Assembly (NCBI GenBank): GCA_964576765.1
Contig: CAZNWH010000001.1
Coordinates: forward strand, 15,451 to 79,450
Direction of reading: 5' to 3'
Length of the DNA stretch: 64,000 bases
Source: an uncultured Hellea sp.
GTDB lineage: Bacteria > Pseudomonadota > Alphaproteobacteria > Caulobacterales > Maricaulaceae
Shown: positions 49,253-59,066 of the stretch, in pieces
Layout: every line of letters begins with the position of its first letter
How positions within the stretch are numbered: the stretch's first letter is position 1
Notes under the pieces: generated by a model
What the model saw: only the letters and a program-made list of their open reading frames with translations
Databases searched by the model: none
Told to the model about the DNA's origin: nothing
Translations under genes and position numbers: made by a program

Positions 49253-50032
49253 ATGAGTGATGAGGAAATTCAGATTAAAAGTGCGATCGTCCAAATCAGG
49301 GGACATGCCGTCATACTTGCAAATGACCTTGCTCGTTTTTTTGATACGACGGTCAGCCTCATAAATCTTTACCGCAAGCGTAATGGGGAAAAATTTACAT
49401 CTGACTATGCTTTTCAGTTAGCGTCTGAGGAGTGGAAAATCTTGAAATTGCAAAATGCTATTTCAAGTGAGGGGCATGGAGGTTCCCGTCATTTACCCTG
49501 GGCTTATACCGAGCATGGTGTCGCGATGATGTCCATGGGCATGAAATCTGACAATGCGGTCAGACTTTCCAAGGTAATTATTGATACCTTTGTGGATTAC
49601 CGGCGCGGCACACTTCCATCTAAGCCATTCATCACCGGCCCCAATGCAGTCAAACACCGCCGTTCCTTGCAGGAGAAACTTGTCGTGCAGATGGAGCGGT
49701 TGCTCGACGTCGAATTACCCTCATCAGAGGGGCAGACGGTACGCGACGAGCTTGGAACAATCGCGACGAAGTCGCTGGCGCATATTAAAGCGGTTTTGGA
49801 CGGACCGGTGAAAACCAACGAAAAGATTACGGCGGAAGTCTCGATGATATTGGCTGAAGCCGAAAAGCTCTATGCTGAAACACGCAAGCTAAACGCCGAA
49901 ACGGACAATTTGGTATTACAGAACTATCAATTGCGGCTGGACGTTATCCGCGATCTTCGCGAAATGGCACAGCAGCTTGAGAGGGATGATTGGATAGAAG
50001 TGTTCGATGATGGGTTTGGTAAAATTGAATAA
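49253..50032 (+). CDS. ORF6N domain DNA-binding protein
   Basis: IRGHAVILANDLA, KRNGEKF..YAFQL, GGSRHLPWAYTEHGVAM. Confidence 0.88.
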   Translation: MSDEEIQIKSAIVQIRGHAVILANDLARFFDTTVSLINLYRKRNGEKFTSDYAFQLASEEWKILKLQNAISSEGHGGSRHLPWAYTEHGVAMMSMGMKSDNAVRLSKVIIDTFVDYRRGTLPSKPFITGPNAVKHRRSLQEKLVVQMERLLDVELPSSEGQTVRDELGTIATKSLAHIKAVLDGPVKTNEKITAEVSMILAEAEKLYAETRKLNAETDNLVLQNYQLRLDVIRDLREMAQQLERDDWIEVFDDGFGKIE

Positions 50033-50150
50033 TATTTACTATGAGCGCTTTTGATGGGATGCGTACTGAGGGGGCAAAGCGGACGTCAGCGTAGTCAAAT
50101 CTATGCTCTCCACTTTTCTGAATTTAGCCGGGCACTGATAGCAATGGTGC

Positions 50151-50899
50151 TTACTCGGTTTCTATGTTCGGCAATTCCTGCGCAATTACATCATTTTGTA
50201 AAAAGGGATAGATCACTGATGCCCAGACGGCATATCCCTCCGCATTTAAATGCAATCCATCCCATGTAAATAAACCTTCGTTAGGTTTACCGTTATCTGA
50301 CAACAATTGGGAGGTTGTGTCGATAAACGTCACATAGTTATGCTCGGATGCAAATTTCGAAACTAATTGATTGGCAGCGTGGCCCTCGGGCCAAACCTTC
50401 CAGCGAGCCTTTGTGGGAGAAATTGAGATATAATATATTGGAATGTCGGGAAGGTCGTTATGAATGGCTGTGATTAGGTCCTTGGTCCTTTTAAACACGT
50501 CTTTTCCGGTTTTACTGTTCCCAGCTACGCCGTTGATGTCATTGGTGCCGACAAACAGCACGACCGCTCTGGGTTGAAAGGGCGTAATCAGGCGATCGAC
50601 ATAATATGTAACGTCTGCAATTTTTGAACCGCCAAAGCCGTGATTTACGACGGGGTAAGGCGCCATATCTTTGTCGAGCGTCTCCCATTTCCGAATGCTG
50701 GAGCTTCCCGTAAAGACTATTACGTCTTTCGGGAGTTCGCTCTCATATCTTGCCTCGATAGCGGCAATGTCAGCGCTCCAAAATTCTGGATTCTCGTTCT
50801 TGCTAAAGCTCTGAAATTTAGAATACCGAATGCCAGAAAACCAGCGAGCAAGGTAAAGGTTACTAATACAGACCAAAAAATCCATTTTTTCAGATTCAT
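50151..50899 (-). pseudogene. SGNH/GDSL esterase, frameshifted near 50800
   Basis: GSSS, NHGFGGS, GTND, DGLH motifs; RBS-bearing signal-anchor start (ATG 50899) is out of frame with the catalytic domain. Confidence 0.7.
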
Positions 50900-50910
50900 T
50901 TTGATTATCC

Positions 50911-52473
50911 TTAATCGAGAGATTGACTGTATTTTTTACGGCCCGACCGACGCCCAAGCCAAAAAAACAAGAGACCAAACAAAACGAATAAAAATGCCAA
51001 GATCAAGAATACTGCTTTCGCCGCAGCGCCCAACAGGATCATCATTGGGGCCTCTATCTTTAGTTCGGCGTCTGTCAATGATGGCGGCACGTCGCCGATA
51101 CGCGTTTCGAAATTCGTGAGTTCAGCCCGGAGTCTTTTAACCTGCTCCGGGTGCTTGCCTGCCAAATTACGGGTCTCGCCAGGATCTTCGTCCAGATTAA
51201 AAAGCAATGTACTATGGGACTTTAAACCGACTTCACCCTTTAAAAAGAAGCGGACAGGCGCCGGGATAGGGATTGTATCCGAATCGTAGGGCTGTTTTAA
51301 TTTCCATGGGCCTTTTCTAATGGCTTCCAACTTTCCGTGAGAATAAAAAGCGATTGTCCGATCCTTAACAGGCAGCGTATCCCCGCGCCAAAGCGGAGCC
51401 AAATCCTGTCCGTCAATTTTGCTGGCAGGAGGCGTTTCGGCACCCGCCATAGCTGATAGAGTCGGAAACCAGTCAACCATGCTTGCGGGCGTCTCAATAA
51501 CCAATCCCGGCGCGATGGTTCCGGGCAGCCGGGCAAGCAAAGGCGTACGTACGCCGCCTTCAAATGTGGTGCCTTTTCCGTTGCGTAAAGGTCCGGCAGA
51601 GCCGCCATCCTTGCCCATAAAAAGCCAAGGCCCGTTGTCACTGGAAAAGACAACAAGTGTGTTATTGGTAAGGTCATTGTCTTCCAGCGCAGCCAACACC
51701 TCGCCGACACTCCAATCAAGCTCCTGAATGACATCTCCATACGCGCCTCGGTCGCTGACGTTTTCAAAGGCCTCGGATCGGAAAAGAGGCACATGTGGCA
51801 TTGGATGAGCGAGGTAAAGGAAGAAAGGTTGGCCGGATTTGGCATTGATGAAATTGACAGCCTCTTGGGTCAGTCGCTTTGTTAATCGGGTTTGGTCAAT
51901 ATGCGGTTCAATGTAATCGTTGCCGCGCATCATCGGCAAAGGCGACATGTCATTGCTGTATGGAATGCCAAAAAACTCATCGAATCCCTGATTGAGGGGC
52001 AGATATTTTTCATGGTGTCCAAGGTGCCATTTGCCGATAATTCCGGTAGCATACCCGGCCGGTTTAAGGTGTTCAGCAAGCGTCAACTCATTTTCCGGCA
52101 TCCCAGTATAAGAGCTTTGAAAAAAGACGTGATGGATGCCCATACGTATAGGATATCGGCCCGTGAGCAATCCCGCGCGGGCGGGCGTACACACAGGGGC
52201 AACATTGTAAAATTGCGTGAATTTTGCGCCATCTATTGCCAAAGAATCGATATGGGGCGTCTTGATGTCATCAGCTCCAAAAGCGCCGATATCTCCATAT
52301 CCGAGATCGTCAGTGTAAATAAAAACAATATTTGGACGCTTAACATCCGTCGGCGTGGTTACTGTTTCAGAGGGGCCAGACGCAAGGTCCGGTAATTGAG
52401 CCCAACTTAGCGATGGATAAAGCATCCATCCAATACAGATTAAAACAATGGCAAATCTATTGAGCATGGTCAT
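50911..52473 (-). CDS. Arylsulfatase (formylglycine-dependent) with C-terminal membrane anchor
   Basis: PNIVFIYTDDLG, CTPARAGLLTGRY, GKWHLG, SDNG. Confidence 0.95.
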   Translation of the reverse strand: MTMLNRFAIVLICIGWMLYPSLSWAQLPDLASGPSETVTTPTDVKRPNIVFIYTDDLGYGDIGAFGADDIKTPHIDSLAIDGAKFTQFYNVAPVCTPARAGLLTGRYPIRMGIHHVFFQSSYTGMPENELTLAEHLKPAGYATGIIGKWHLGHHEKYLPLNQGFDEFFGIPYSNDMSPLPMMRGNDYIEPHIDQTRLTKRLTQEAVNFINAKSGQPFFLYLAHPMPHVPLFRSEAFENVSDRGAYGDVIQELDWSVGEVLAALEDNDLTNNTLVVFSSDNGPWLFMGKDGGSAGPLRNGKGTTFEGGVRTPLLARLPGTIAPGLVIETPASMVDWFPTLSAMAGAETPPASKIDGQDLAPLWRGDTLPVKDRTIAFYSHGKLEAIRKGPWKLKQPYDSDTIPIPAPVRFFLKGEVGLKSHSTLLFNLDEDPGETRNLAGKHPEQVKRLRAELTNFETRIGDVPPSLTDAELKIEAPMMILLGAAAKAVFLILAFLFVLFGLLFFWLGRRSGRKKYSQSLD

Positions 52474-54439
52474 AGGTCAATCCGTGTCCATATTTATAAA
52501 GAGGATCTTTAGAATCATAAGGCATATCTTCCATCTGATTGCGAACAGCCTCCATTGAGGAGGGGAGTTCCAAAGGAAGTTTGCCTGTTGGCGAAAATTC
52601 ACCAAAGACTGCCCCTAGGAGTACATCGTCCGAGGCATTAAAATCAGCGATAAGAGCCTCACTCCCAGCCGCGATTTCGGGGATGACAGCCGCCCTTTCC
52701 AGATGGATGGAAAATATCGTTGGAACCCTTTCAGTTATAGAGAGCAAGTGTCTTTTTTCTTCTCCCCTAAAGTCAAGATAACCGGCTTTTAATATCTGTT
52801 CGAAAACGCCCTTTCTGGGCTCAAAAGGTGTGTGTATGCGCACAATCGCAAAGTCAGCCTCTTCGGGGGCGTCAACAACCTCCCCGTATTTTGCGGCCGC
52901 CGCAGGGTCGATATTTTCAACATATATCTTGGGCTTTCCGGTCAAGGGCAAAATGGGTTGGTCCGCCGTGCCATTTTTAAGAAGAACCAGTGATCGTTTT
53001 TGAGCTTCGATTCCCGCGGCCATAAACGCGTCCGACCCGACGATGTTCAGAGCCGCCTCAGCGTCCACATATGGATTGTCGAATAGGCCGAGCCTGAACT
53101 TATCCCGCAATAAACGCCGTACAGAAATGTCTAGCCGGGCTTCAGAAATTTTACCCTCCTGGACTAATTTAACCAACATTTGCGGAATATGTTCTCCGCC
53201 AAATTGATCATTTCCCGCTTCGATTATTTTAATCATACGCTGTTCTTTGGTCAGACCTTCGACGCCATGGGAACGGGACTTCAAAATGGTGAATATCCCC
53301 AAGAGTTTAGAGTCTGAAATCAAGCCCCAATCCGTACAAACTACGCCGTCATATTTGTAGTGATTGCGAAGCAGGTCGGTGATAATTTCTTTGTTAAACG
53401 CAAAGCCAACATCTTCGCTGGTTTGTCCCATAGGGATACCGTAATAGGGCATGATTTGCGCTGCACCTGCCGGAAAAGCCCCTTCCTCAAATGGAATGAG
53501 GTGATAGTCAAAATTTTCGCCGGGATAGACCTGTTCTTTCCCATAATGAAAATGAGCGTCTTCGCCGTCCATTTGAGGACCGCCGCCGGAGAAATGTTTG
53601 ACCATTGTCGCGACGCCGTTCGGGTCTAGGCTCTCGCCCTGCATCCCGGTGACATAGGCCTTCACTAATTCCGCAGAGAGGTGGGCATCTTCTCCAAATG
53701 TGCCGCTGATCCGGGCCCAGCGGGGTTCTGTCGCAAGGTCAGCTACGGGATGGAGGGCGACATGAATACCGACGGCGCGGTATTCTTGGCGGGCGATATC
53801 GGCGAATTGACGAGTCAGTTCTGGATCGCGAGCAGCCGCAAGGCCCAGCGCATCTGGCCAAATTGAAAACTGGCCAGCTGGCATACCGACGGATGCACCG
53901 ATTTCTGGGCCGTGCCTTGGATCGCTGGCAAACGACATAGGAATGCCAAGGCGAGTCCGTTCGGAAATTTTCTGAACCGCATTTGCCCAGTTAGCAAACG
54001 CGGCCGTGTCGTCAACGGCGTCCATAAGGCTCGCATGGTTCATGAGATTGGCAGCAACCAATTCAGAATTAGGAACGGTTATGAGCGTTTCTAGCCGTGT
54101 AAATTTCGGGATATTGCTAAGCTTGCCATTCTCCCCAACGGAGGTGAATTCGATAAACATCACGCCGGCTTTTTCCTCAAGGGTCATTTGCGAGAGAATG
54201 TCATTGACGCGCGCATCGATGGGCGCGCGGCTATTTTCATAGACGTCGAGTTTACCGTTCTTATTCAAATCTCTGAAAGTCGTCCCATTCTCGCTTAGTG
54301 TCGGGGCCTCAGGGCCAAGAGACCTCATTTGAGAACTTGCACTCCACCACCAAGAAATTTTAAAGAGTAGGATGATAAGAATGAGAAGAAGCAGGATTGC
54401 AATAAATCCCTTCCCAATGAATTTCGCGAACCGTGCCAT
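52457..54439 (-). CDS. GH3 beta-glucosidase-like glycoside hydrolase
   Basis: RLGIP..ASDPRH, EPRWARISGTFGED, KHFSGGG, VCTDWG. Confidence 0.93.
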   Translation of the reverse strand: MARFAKFIGKGFIAILLLLILIILLFKISWWWSASSQMRSLGPEAPTLSENGTTFRDLNKNGKLDVYENSRAPIDARVNDILSQMTLEEKAGVMFIEFTSVGENGKLSNIPKFTRLETLITVPNSELVAANLMNHASLMDAVDDTAAFANWANAVQKISERTRLGIPMSFASDPRHGPEIGASVGMPAGQFSIWPDALGLAAARDPELTRQFADIARQEYRAVGIHVALHPVADLATEPRWARISGTFGEDAHLSAELVKAYVTGMQGESLDPNGVATMVKHFSGGGPQMDGEDAHFHYGKEQVYPGENFDYHLIPFEEGAFPAGAAQIMPYYGIPMGQTSEDVGFAFNKEIITDLLRNHYKYDGVVCTDWGLISDSKLLGIFTILKSRSHGVEGLTKEQRMIKIIEAGNDQFGGEHIPQMLVKLVQEGKISEARLDISVRRLLRDKFRLGLFDNPYVDAEAALNIVGSDAFMAAGIEAQKRSLVLLKNGTADQPILPLTGKPKIYVENIDPAAAAKYGEVVDAPEEADFAIVRIHTPFEPRKGVFEQILKAGYLDFRGEEKRHLLSITERVPTIFSIHLERAAVIPEIAAGSEALIADFNASDDVLLGAVFGEFSPTGKLPLELPSSMEAVRNQMEDMPYDSKDPLYKYGHGLTYDHAQ

Positions 54440-54498
54440 CTATATTCCCCTTACACCACCATTTTTCTTAACGCTAACGAGCTTGCACTGGTTTTGAA

Positions 54499-54523
54499 AT
54501 GGACGGGCCGATAAAAACATGGA
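54499..54523 (-). promoter_or_regulatory. AraC-type binding site (TCCATGTTTTT-N8-GTCCAT) for the GH3 operon
   Basis: Same 25-mer pattern as 55824-55848; 22 nt upstream of -10-like TAGCGT. Confidence 0.65.
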
Positions 54524-54564
54524 CATTTGTCCTAGCGCGCAATTTTATACACCTCAAAATCAGA

Positions 54565-55725
54565 TTAGCTTTCTATTGGCGGTTTTAGAGAAATGTCGTG
54601 TTTTTTACGATATCCGCGCGGATCAATTCCAATCGTTTTTCGAAATTTACGTGAAAAATAGAGCGGGTCGCTAAATCCGATTTCATCCGCAATGGCTGAA
54701 ATTGAGTGATCTGTGTGAAGGAGCTGCTGCACGGCCAAAGCCATGCGTCGTTCATTTGTCCATTTCGACAATGAGCGCCCTGTTGATTGTTTAAACAAAG
54801 CCGATAATTGAGATCTAGACAGCTTAACGTGCCGCGCCACATCCTCGACAGACGGGTTTTCTCTAAGATGCTCTAAGATGTAGGCTTGCGCATCATTAGA
54901 TCGACTGTCCCGAAACCCCGCGTGAGCTGTTTTTACAAATCGTTGGGCGCGAATGAGTATTTGCTCAATATAATTTAAAAACAGGGCATTATCATTGCTA
55001 TTGGACGCCATATCCAAATCATGTGTGGTTAAGAAAACGCTTTCAAATGATGAAACTTCAGAGTCAGGTAATCTCACGTGAAAAATGCCGGGACCCAATT
55101 CCGGCCAATTAATCCATTCTAACAACCGGGTGCGGGGTTGAAAATAAATCCAGTGATGAATCCAGCTTTCAGTTTCTTGATTCCTGACGTAATTATAAGG
55201 TGCATCCGGAGCCAGCAATATGAGATCTCCCGGGCGAGAGGCGAATTGTTGCCGTACACATTCATATCGTCCAGACCCTTGCGTCGTGAGGTGTAAGCTC
55301 CAGCCGCTATGGGAACCAGCAGGCCGTTTGACGACTACACCGGGAAAACTCAGGGGGCCGAGTGATTGCGTTCCCGTCAAATCTGCATCCGCCAACACGG
55401 ATTGTACATTGCTACCAATCAACGAGGCAATGACGCTTAAATAGGCTATTTTTTCTTCCGGCTTTAGGGGATGATTAAGAAGAAAACGCGGGCGCCATTC
55501 CTTCTTGAATAGTTGCGCTTTGCGGCTACTAAAGGTCTTTTTTATCAGGCTAGACATTGCAGCATCATCAAACAGTTTAGTGGCCGAGCGGCTTCGATTG
55601 GCTGTGGCCTTAAAGGAGGCCATCAATGAGTCCCATTCTTCAGGTGATATTTTTTGATTATTCATGAGGTGCCAGGTTAATCTGCAGACGTCCTCATCAC
55701 TTGGCGCTTTAACCGAATGTTCCAT
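54565..55725 (-). CDS. AraC family regulator (AraC sugar-binding domain plus N-terminal extension)
   Basis: WIHHWIYFQPR..WINWP, FSDPLYFSRKFRK. Confidence 0.92.
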   Translation of the reverse strand: MEHSVKAPSDEDVCRLTWHLMNNQKISPEEWDSLMASFKATANRSRSATKLFDDAAMSSLIKKTFSSRKAQLFKKEWRPRFLLNHPLKPEEKIAYLSVIASLIGSNVQSVLADADLTGTQSLGPLSFPGVVVKRPAGSHSGWSLHLTTQGSGRYECVRQQFASRPGDLILLAPDAPYNYVRNQETESWIHHWIYFQPRTRLLEWINWPELGPGIFHVRLPDSEVSSFESVFLTTHDLDMASNSNDNALFLNYIEQILIRAQRFVKTAHAGFRDSRSNDAQAYILEHLRENPSVEDVARHVKLSRSQLSALFKQSTGRSLSKWTNERRMALAVQQLLHTDHSISAIADEIGFSDPLYFSRKFRKTIGIDPRGYRKKHDISLKPPIES

Positions 55726-55823
55726 TCTTTCCCCGTGTGTTTACCGATTTTCGCTGTTCTGAATTCCTAACAATTGTTAACAGTGACAAGTACTGGGCTC
55801 TGAAGTTGGCTTCAAGACAAAAA

Positions 55824-55848
55824 TCCATGTTTTTGGTATTCTGTCCAT
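55824..55848 (+). promoter_or_regulatory. AraC-type binding site for the GH2 gene
   Basis: TCCATGTTTTTGGTATTCTGTCCAT; 22 nt upstream of -10-like TACATC. Confidence 0.65.
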
Positions 55849-56152
55849 AGCCCTTACAAACAATGTTTCGTACATCAAAACAATATCAGGGGCTTAAGCG
55901 GGGCGTTTCTCGGCACCGGAACCGCATTATGGCATACGATACCGCGCAACGCGCAAAGATATTTCGGCGCGAAAGCCAAGGTGAACTTCTAACGAACATC
56001 TTTGGTTTCTGGCGACAGTCTACGATCGTGCCGGAATACTATTAAACAAGTTTGAGGGTGATGTAACAGATTGCTCTATATGAACTTTTGGGATAAATAA
56101 ATTTAATTGCCTAAATTGAAAAGCACAAATGCGAATAAGAGAGGAAATTATC

Positions 56153-58354
56153 ATGAACTTATTGCGTTGGATCGATTTAATACGGTCAGTTCTTTTCATT
56201 GGTGTCATGTGTGCACTTATGGGCTGCGCGCCGCAAAGCGACGTGCCCGTAAATGAAAGCGCAACAGTCAAACAAGAGCCCGCAGCCGAAAAAACCTACG
56301 CTGATGAAACCGGAGGAGCCATAGTGGATGCCTATGAGCGCAAAGATGAAGCCAGAGACCCAGAAAGTGCATCCATTGTCGATGCTTTTCAGCACAAGGC
56401 TGCCCCTCTGGCTGAACCGCATTCCCTTATCACGAATGTATCCGGACGGAGCAAAGTCTCACTGAACGGCAAATGGAATATTATTGTCGATGAATATGGC
56501 GCGGGCAGTCGGCCGTTTTTAGGCGGGCCGTATTACCGACTCGCGCCGCCTGTAGGTGATTTTGAACTGCGTGAATATAGTTTAGACAGCCGCCGGCAGC
56601 TTGATGTGCCTGGGGACTGGAATACTCAGGATGATCGTTTGTTCCGCTATCGCGGCAATGTCTGGTATGCCCGCAATGTTGATCTGTCAAAAAAAGAGGG
56701 AGAGCGCTATTTCCTTCATTTTGATGGATCCAATTATGATACGTCTGTCTGGGTCAATGGAAAGCCGTTAGGCCAACATGTCGGCGGCTATACAGCGTTC
56801 AACTTTGATGCCACAGAGCATATGCAAGACGGGGACAACTTTGTAGCTGTCAGGGTCAATGCCAAGCTGGATGACACAACCATTCCAACCCAAACGACAT
56901 CTGACTTTTTTAAATATGGCGGGATCACCCGTGACGTCAGTCTTGTCACGACACCGGCAACATTTGTCCGAAACTATTCTTTGCCGCTCAAAGACAGAGC
57001 AAATGGAATCGTGTCAGGCTGGGTTCAACTCGACGGACCTGGAGCCGCAAACGCAACTGTTTCAGTGAAAATTCCTGAGGCCGGCGTCAATGCCACGGCG
57101 CAAACCAACCAGGCAGGTCTGGCGCAGATTTCGTTTAACGCCAACCTTGATCTTTGGTCACCTGACAATCCCAAACTCTATAATGTGGAGATTGGGAGCG
57201 GGTCATCAGTCGTTTCTGATTCTATCGGTTTTCGGACCATTGAAACTGATGAGCTTGATATCGTGCTCAATGGCGAAAAGGTCTTCTTGCGCGGCATTTC
57301 CATGCATGACGAAAGCTATCTTAAGGGCGGCGTTGCGTTTGACGAAGCCGATGCACGTGCGCAGCTTGGCCTTATTAAAGAAATGAACGGTAATTTTGTC
57401 CGTCTCGCACACTATCCGCATAATGAATATGCCGTGCGTATGGCCGATGAACTTGGCCTTATGGTCTGGAGCGAAATCCCGATTGTATCCATTATTGACT
57501 GGGACAACCCGGTTTCGCTCAATGTCGCTAAGAACCAAATCCGCGACAACATCCGCCGTGACCGTAATCGCGCCTCTGTCGTCATGTGGTCCATCGGTAA
57601 CGAAACCATGCCTCAGTCAAATGAACGGCTAGAGTTCCTCCGCGCTTTGGCTGAAACAGTCCGTGAAGAAGACGGCGATAATCGCCTGATTGCGGCGGCG
57701 CTCGTTGGGGATATCACCAAAGAGTTTTTCGAAGTCGCAAAACGACTAGCCGCAGACATGGTTCTTTCAGAGCAAGTTGACGAATCTGTGAAGCCCATAC
57801 TGACTGGAATGCTGTCAAAAATGGGCGTAACTGATCCGGCCTCCGTTCAAAATCATGAAGTGGAAGTCATGCTTGAAGACAAGCTCGGAGACATAGTTGA
57901 TATCATCGGATATAATGAATATTTCGGGTGGTATTACTCGTCCTTCCTTGGCAGCCAGTTCCCTGTCGATGAAGGCACGGTTCGCGATTTCATGTTCCCC
58001 CTTATGAAAGATATCCGTTTTCGTAATGCATTTGGAAAGCCGATTATAATTTCCGAATTTGGCGGTGGGGCTAAATATGGAAAACGCTCGGATCGCGGTG
58101 TAATCTGGTCGGAAGAATATCAAGCCAAAATTTATGAGTACCAGGTCGATATGCTAGCGCGCAGCGAATATGTGCAGGGTATGAGTCCTTGGATATTAAA
58201 AGATTTCCGGTCTTCATTGCGTAATCTAAACGGTATTCAAGATATTTATAACCGCAAAGGTCTGGTCAGCGAAAAAGGCGAGAAGAAGCTTGCCTATAAA
58301 GTTTTACAAGATCATTATGCGGCGCGCGAAAAGGCTGAAGCGAATAACGAATGA
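56153..58354 (+). CDS. GH2 beta-glucuronidase-like lipoprotein
   Basis: Lipobox LMGC; RLAHYPH, WSIGNE, ISEFG, NRKGL (NxKG motif). Confidence 0.92.
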   Translation: MNLLRWIDLIRSVLFIGVMCALMGCAPQSDVPVNESATVKQEPAAEKTYADETGGAIVDAYERKDEARDPESASIVDAFQHKAAPLAEPHSLITNVSGRSKVSLNGKWNIIVDEYGAGSRPFLGGPYYRLAPPVGDFELREYSLDSRRQLDVPGDWNTQDDRLFRYRGNVWYARNVDLSKKEGERYFLHFDGSNYDTSVWVNGKPLGQHVGGYTAFNFDATEHMQDGDNFVAVRVNAKLDDTTIPTQTTSDFFKYGGITRDVSLVTTPATFVRNYSLPLKDRANGIVSGWVQLDGPGAANATVSVKIPEAGVNATAQTNQAGLAQISFNANLDLWSPDNPKLYNVEIGSGSSVVSDSIGFRTIETDELDIVLNGEKVFLRGISMHDESYLKGGVAFDEADARAQLGLIKEMNGNFVRLAHYPHNEYAVRMADELGLMVWSEIPIVSIIDWDNPVSLNVAKNQIRDNIRRDRNRASVVMWSIGNETMPQSNERLEFLRALAETVREEDGDNRLIAAALVGDITKEFFEVAKRLAADMVLSEQVDESVKPILTGMLSKMGVTDPASVQNHEVEVMLEDKLGDIVDIIGYNEYFGWYYSSFLGSQFPVDEGTVRDFMFPLMKDIRFRNAFGKPIIISEFGGGAKYGKRSDRGVIWSEEYQAKIYEYQVDMLARSEYVQGMSPWILKDFRSSLRNLNGIQDIYNRKGLVSEKGEKKLAYKVLQDHYAAREKAEANNE

Positions 58355-58560
58355 ACACACCACCGTCTCTTCATTCTGATCGGTTTCCCCGGTTCATGAG
58401 GACAGCCTCAATCTTGCTCACGACGGTCAAAGATTGCCCAATCATCTCGCCGCATGGCCATACTGATCTTGAATGGTTTACCTCAAACCGCAATTTTTTA
58501 AATGCAACGGAATTGCTACTGGTTCACGACCGATATGTTTTGCGGCTCCTTTGCCAGCCT
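58351..58560 (+). pseudogene. uxaC: Truncated glucuronate isomerase (N-terminal fragment)
   Basis: PIISPHGHTD..WF...ELLLVHDRYVLRLL matches the UxaC N-terminus; cut off by a convergent gene. Confidence 0.8.
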
Positions 58561-59040
58561 CTATTCGAGCAGGTGTTGAATGAAAATCGTCGCATCGGGC
58601 ACGTCGAAAACCATTGATCCGAAGTAAAACACCAAGGAGAGAATCGCCCAAATGCCATAAGCTGATGGCAGTGTAATCTCGTTTCGACAACGTAACAAGG
58701 CGATCATGCCAGGCGTCCAGAAAATTATATGGAAAAGTGATACCTGTCCGGCCAGAATAGGTGTTCCGGTTTTCCAAAATCCAACCATCACCAGTAAATG
58801 GCTGATAACAAATCCGCCAAATACCCAACGCGCAGCGACATGGTTTTTCAAAAATCCGATAGCTGCAATATTGGTGAGCATCATCAGGCCAAGCCAGATT
58901 TTTACCTGCATAGGAAGCGCCTGCCTAGCTGCATTGTCCCAGACATCGAGCGCCGAAATCGCAAAGGCTTGCGTCGCCGAAGCTATAAACATGGCTGCGG
59001 CAATAGCGATAATTGTACATATCCTGATCTTGATACTCAT
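58561..59040 (-). CDS. Hypothetical membrane protein
   Basis: Signal peptide plus several hydrophobic segments. Confidence 0.75.
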   Translation of the reverse strand: MSIKIRICTIIAIAAAMFIASATQAFAISALDVWDNAARQALPMQVKIWLGLMMLTNIAAIGFLKNHVAARWVFGGFVISHLLVMVGFWKTGTPILAGQVSLFHIIFWTPGMIALLRCRNEITLPSAYGIWAILSLVFYFGSMVFDVPDATIFIQHLLE

Positions 59041-59066
59041 TGCGTTTCCTCGTCTTGTGTGGGCTC

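Larger units (their letters stand above)
39200..50032. mobile_element. Transfer/leading-region core of a Tn4371/ICEMlSym-like integrative conjugative or mobilisable element (true ends not seen)
   Basis: Gene order ardA-parB-DUF736-DUF2285-rdfS-DUF2840-traF-oriT-relaxase; abrupt AT-to-GC change near 39200. Confidence 0.85.
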
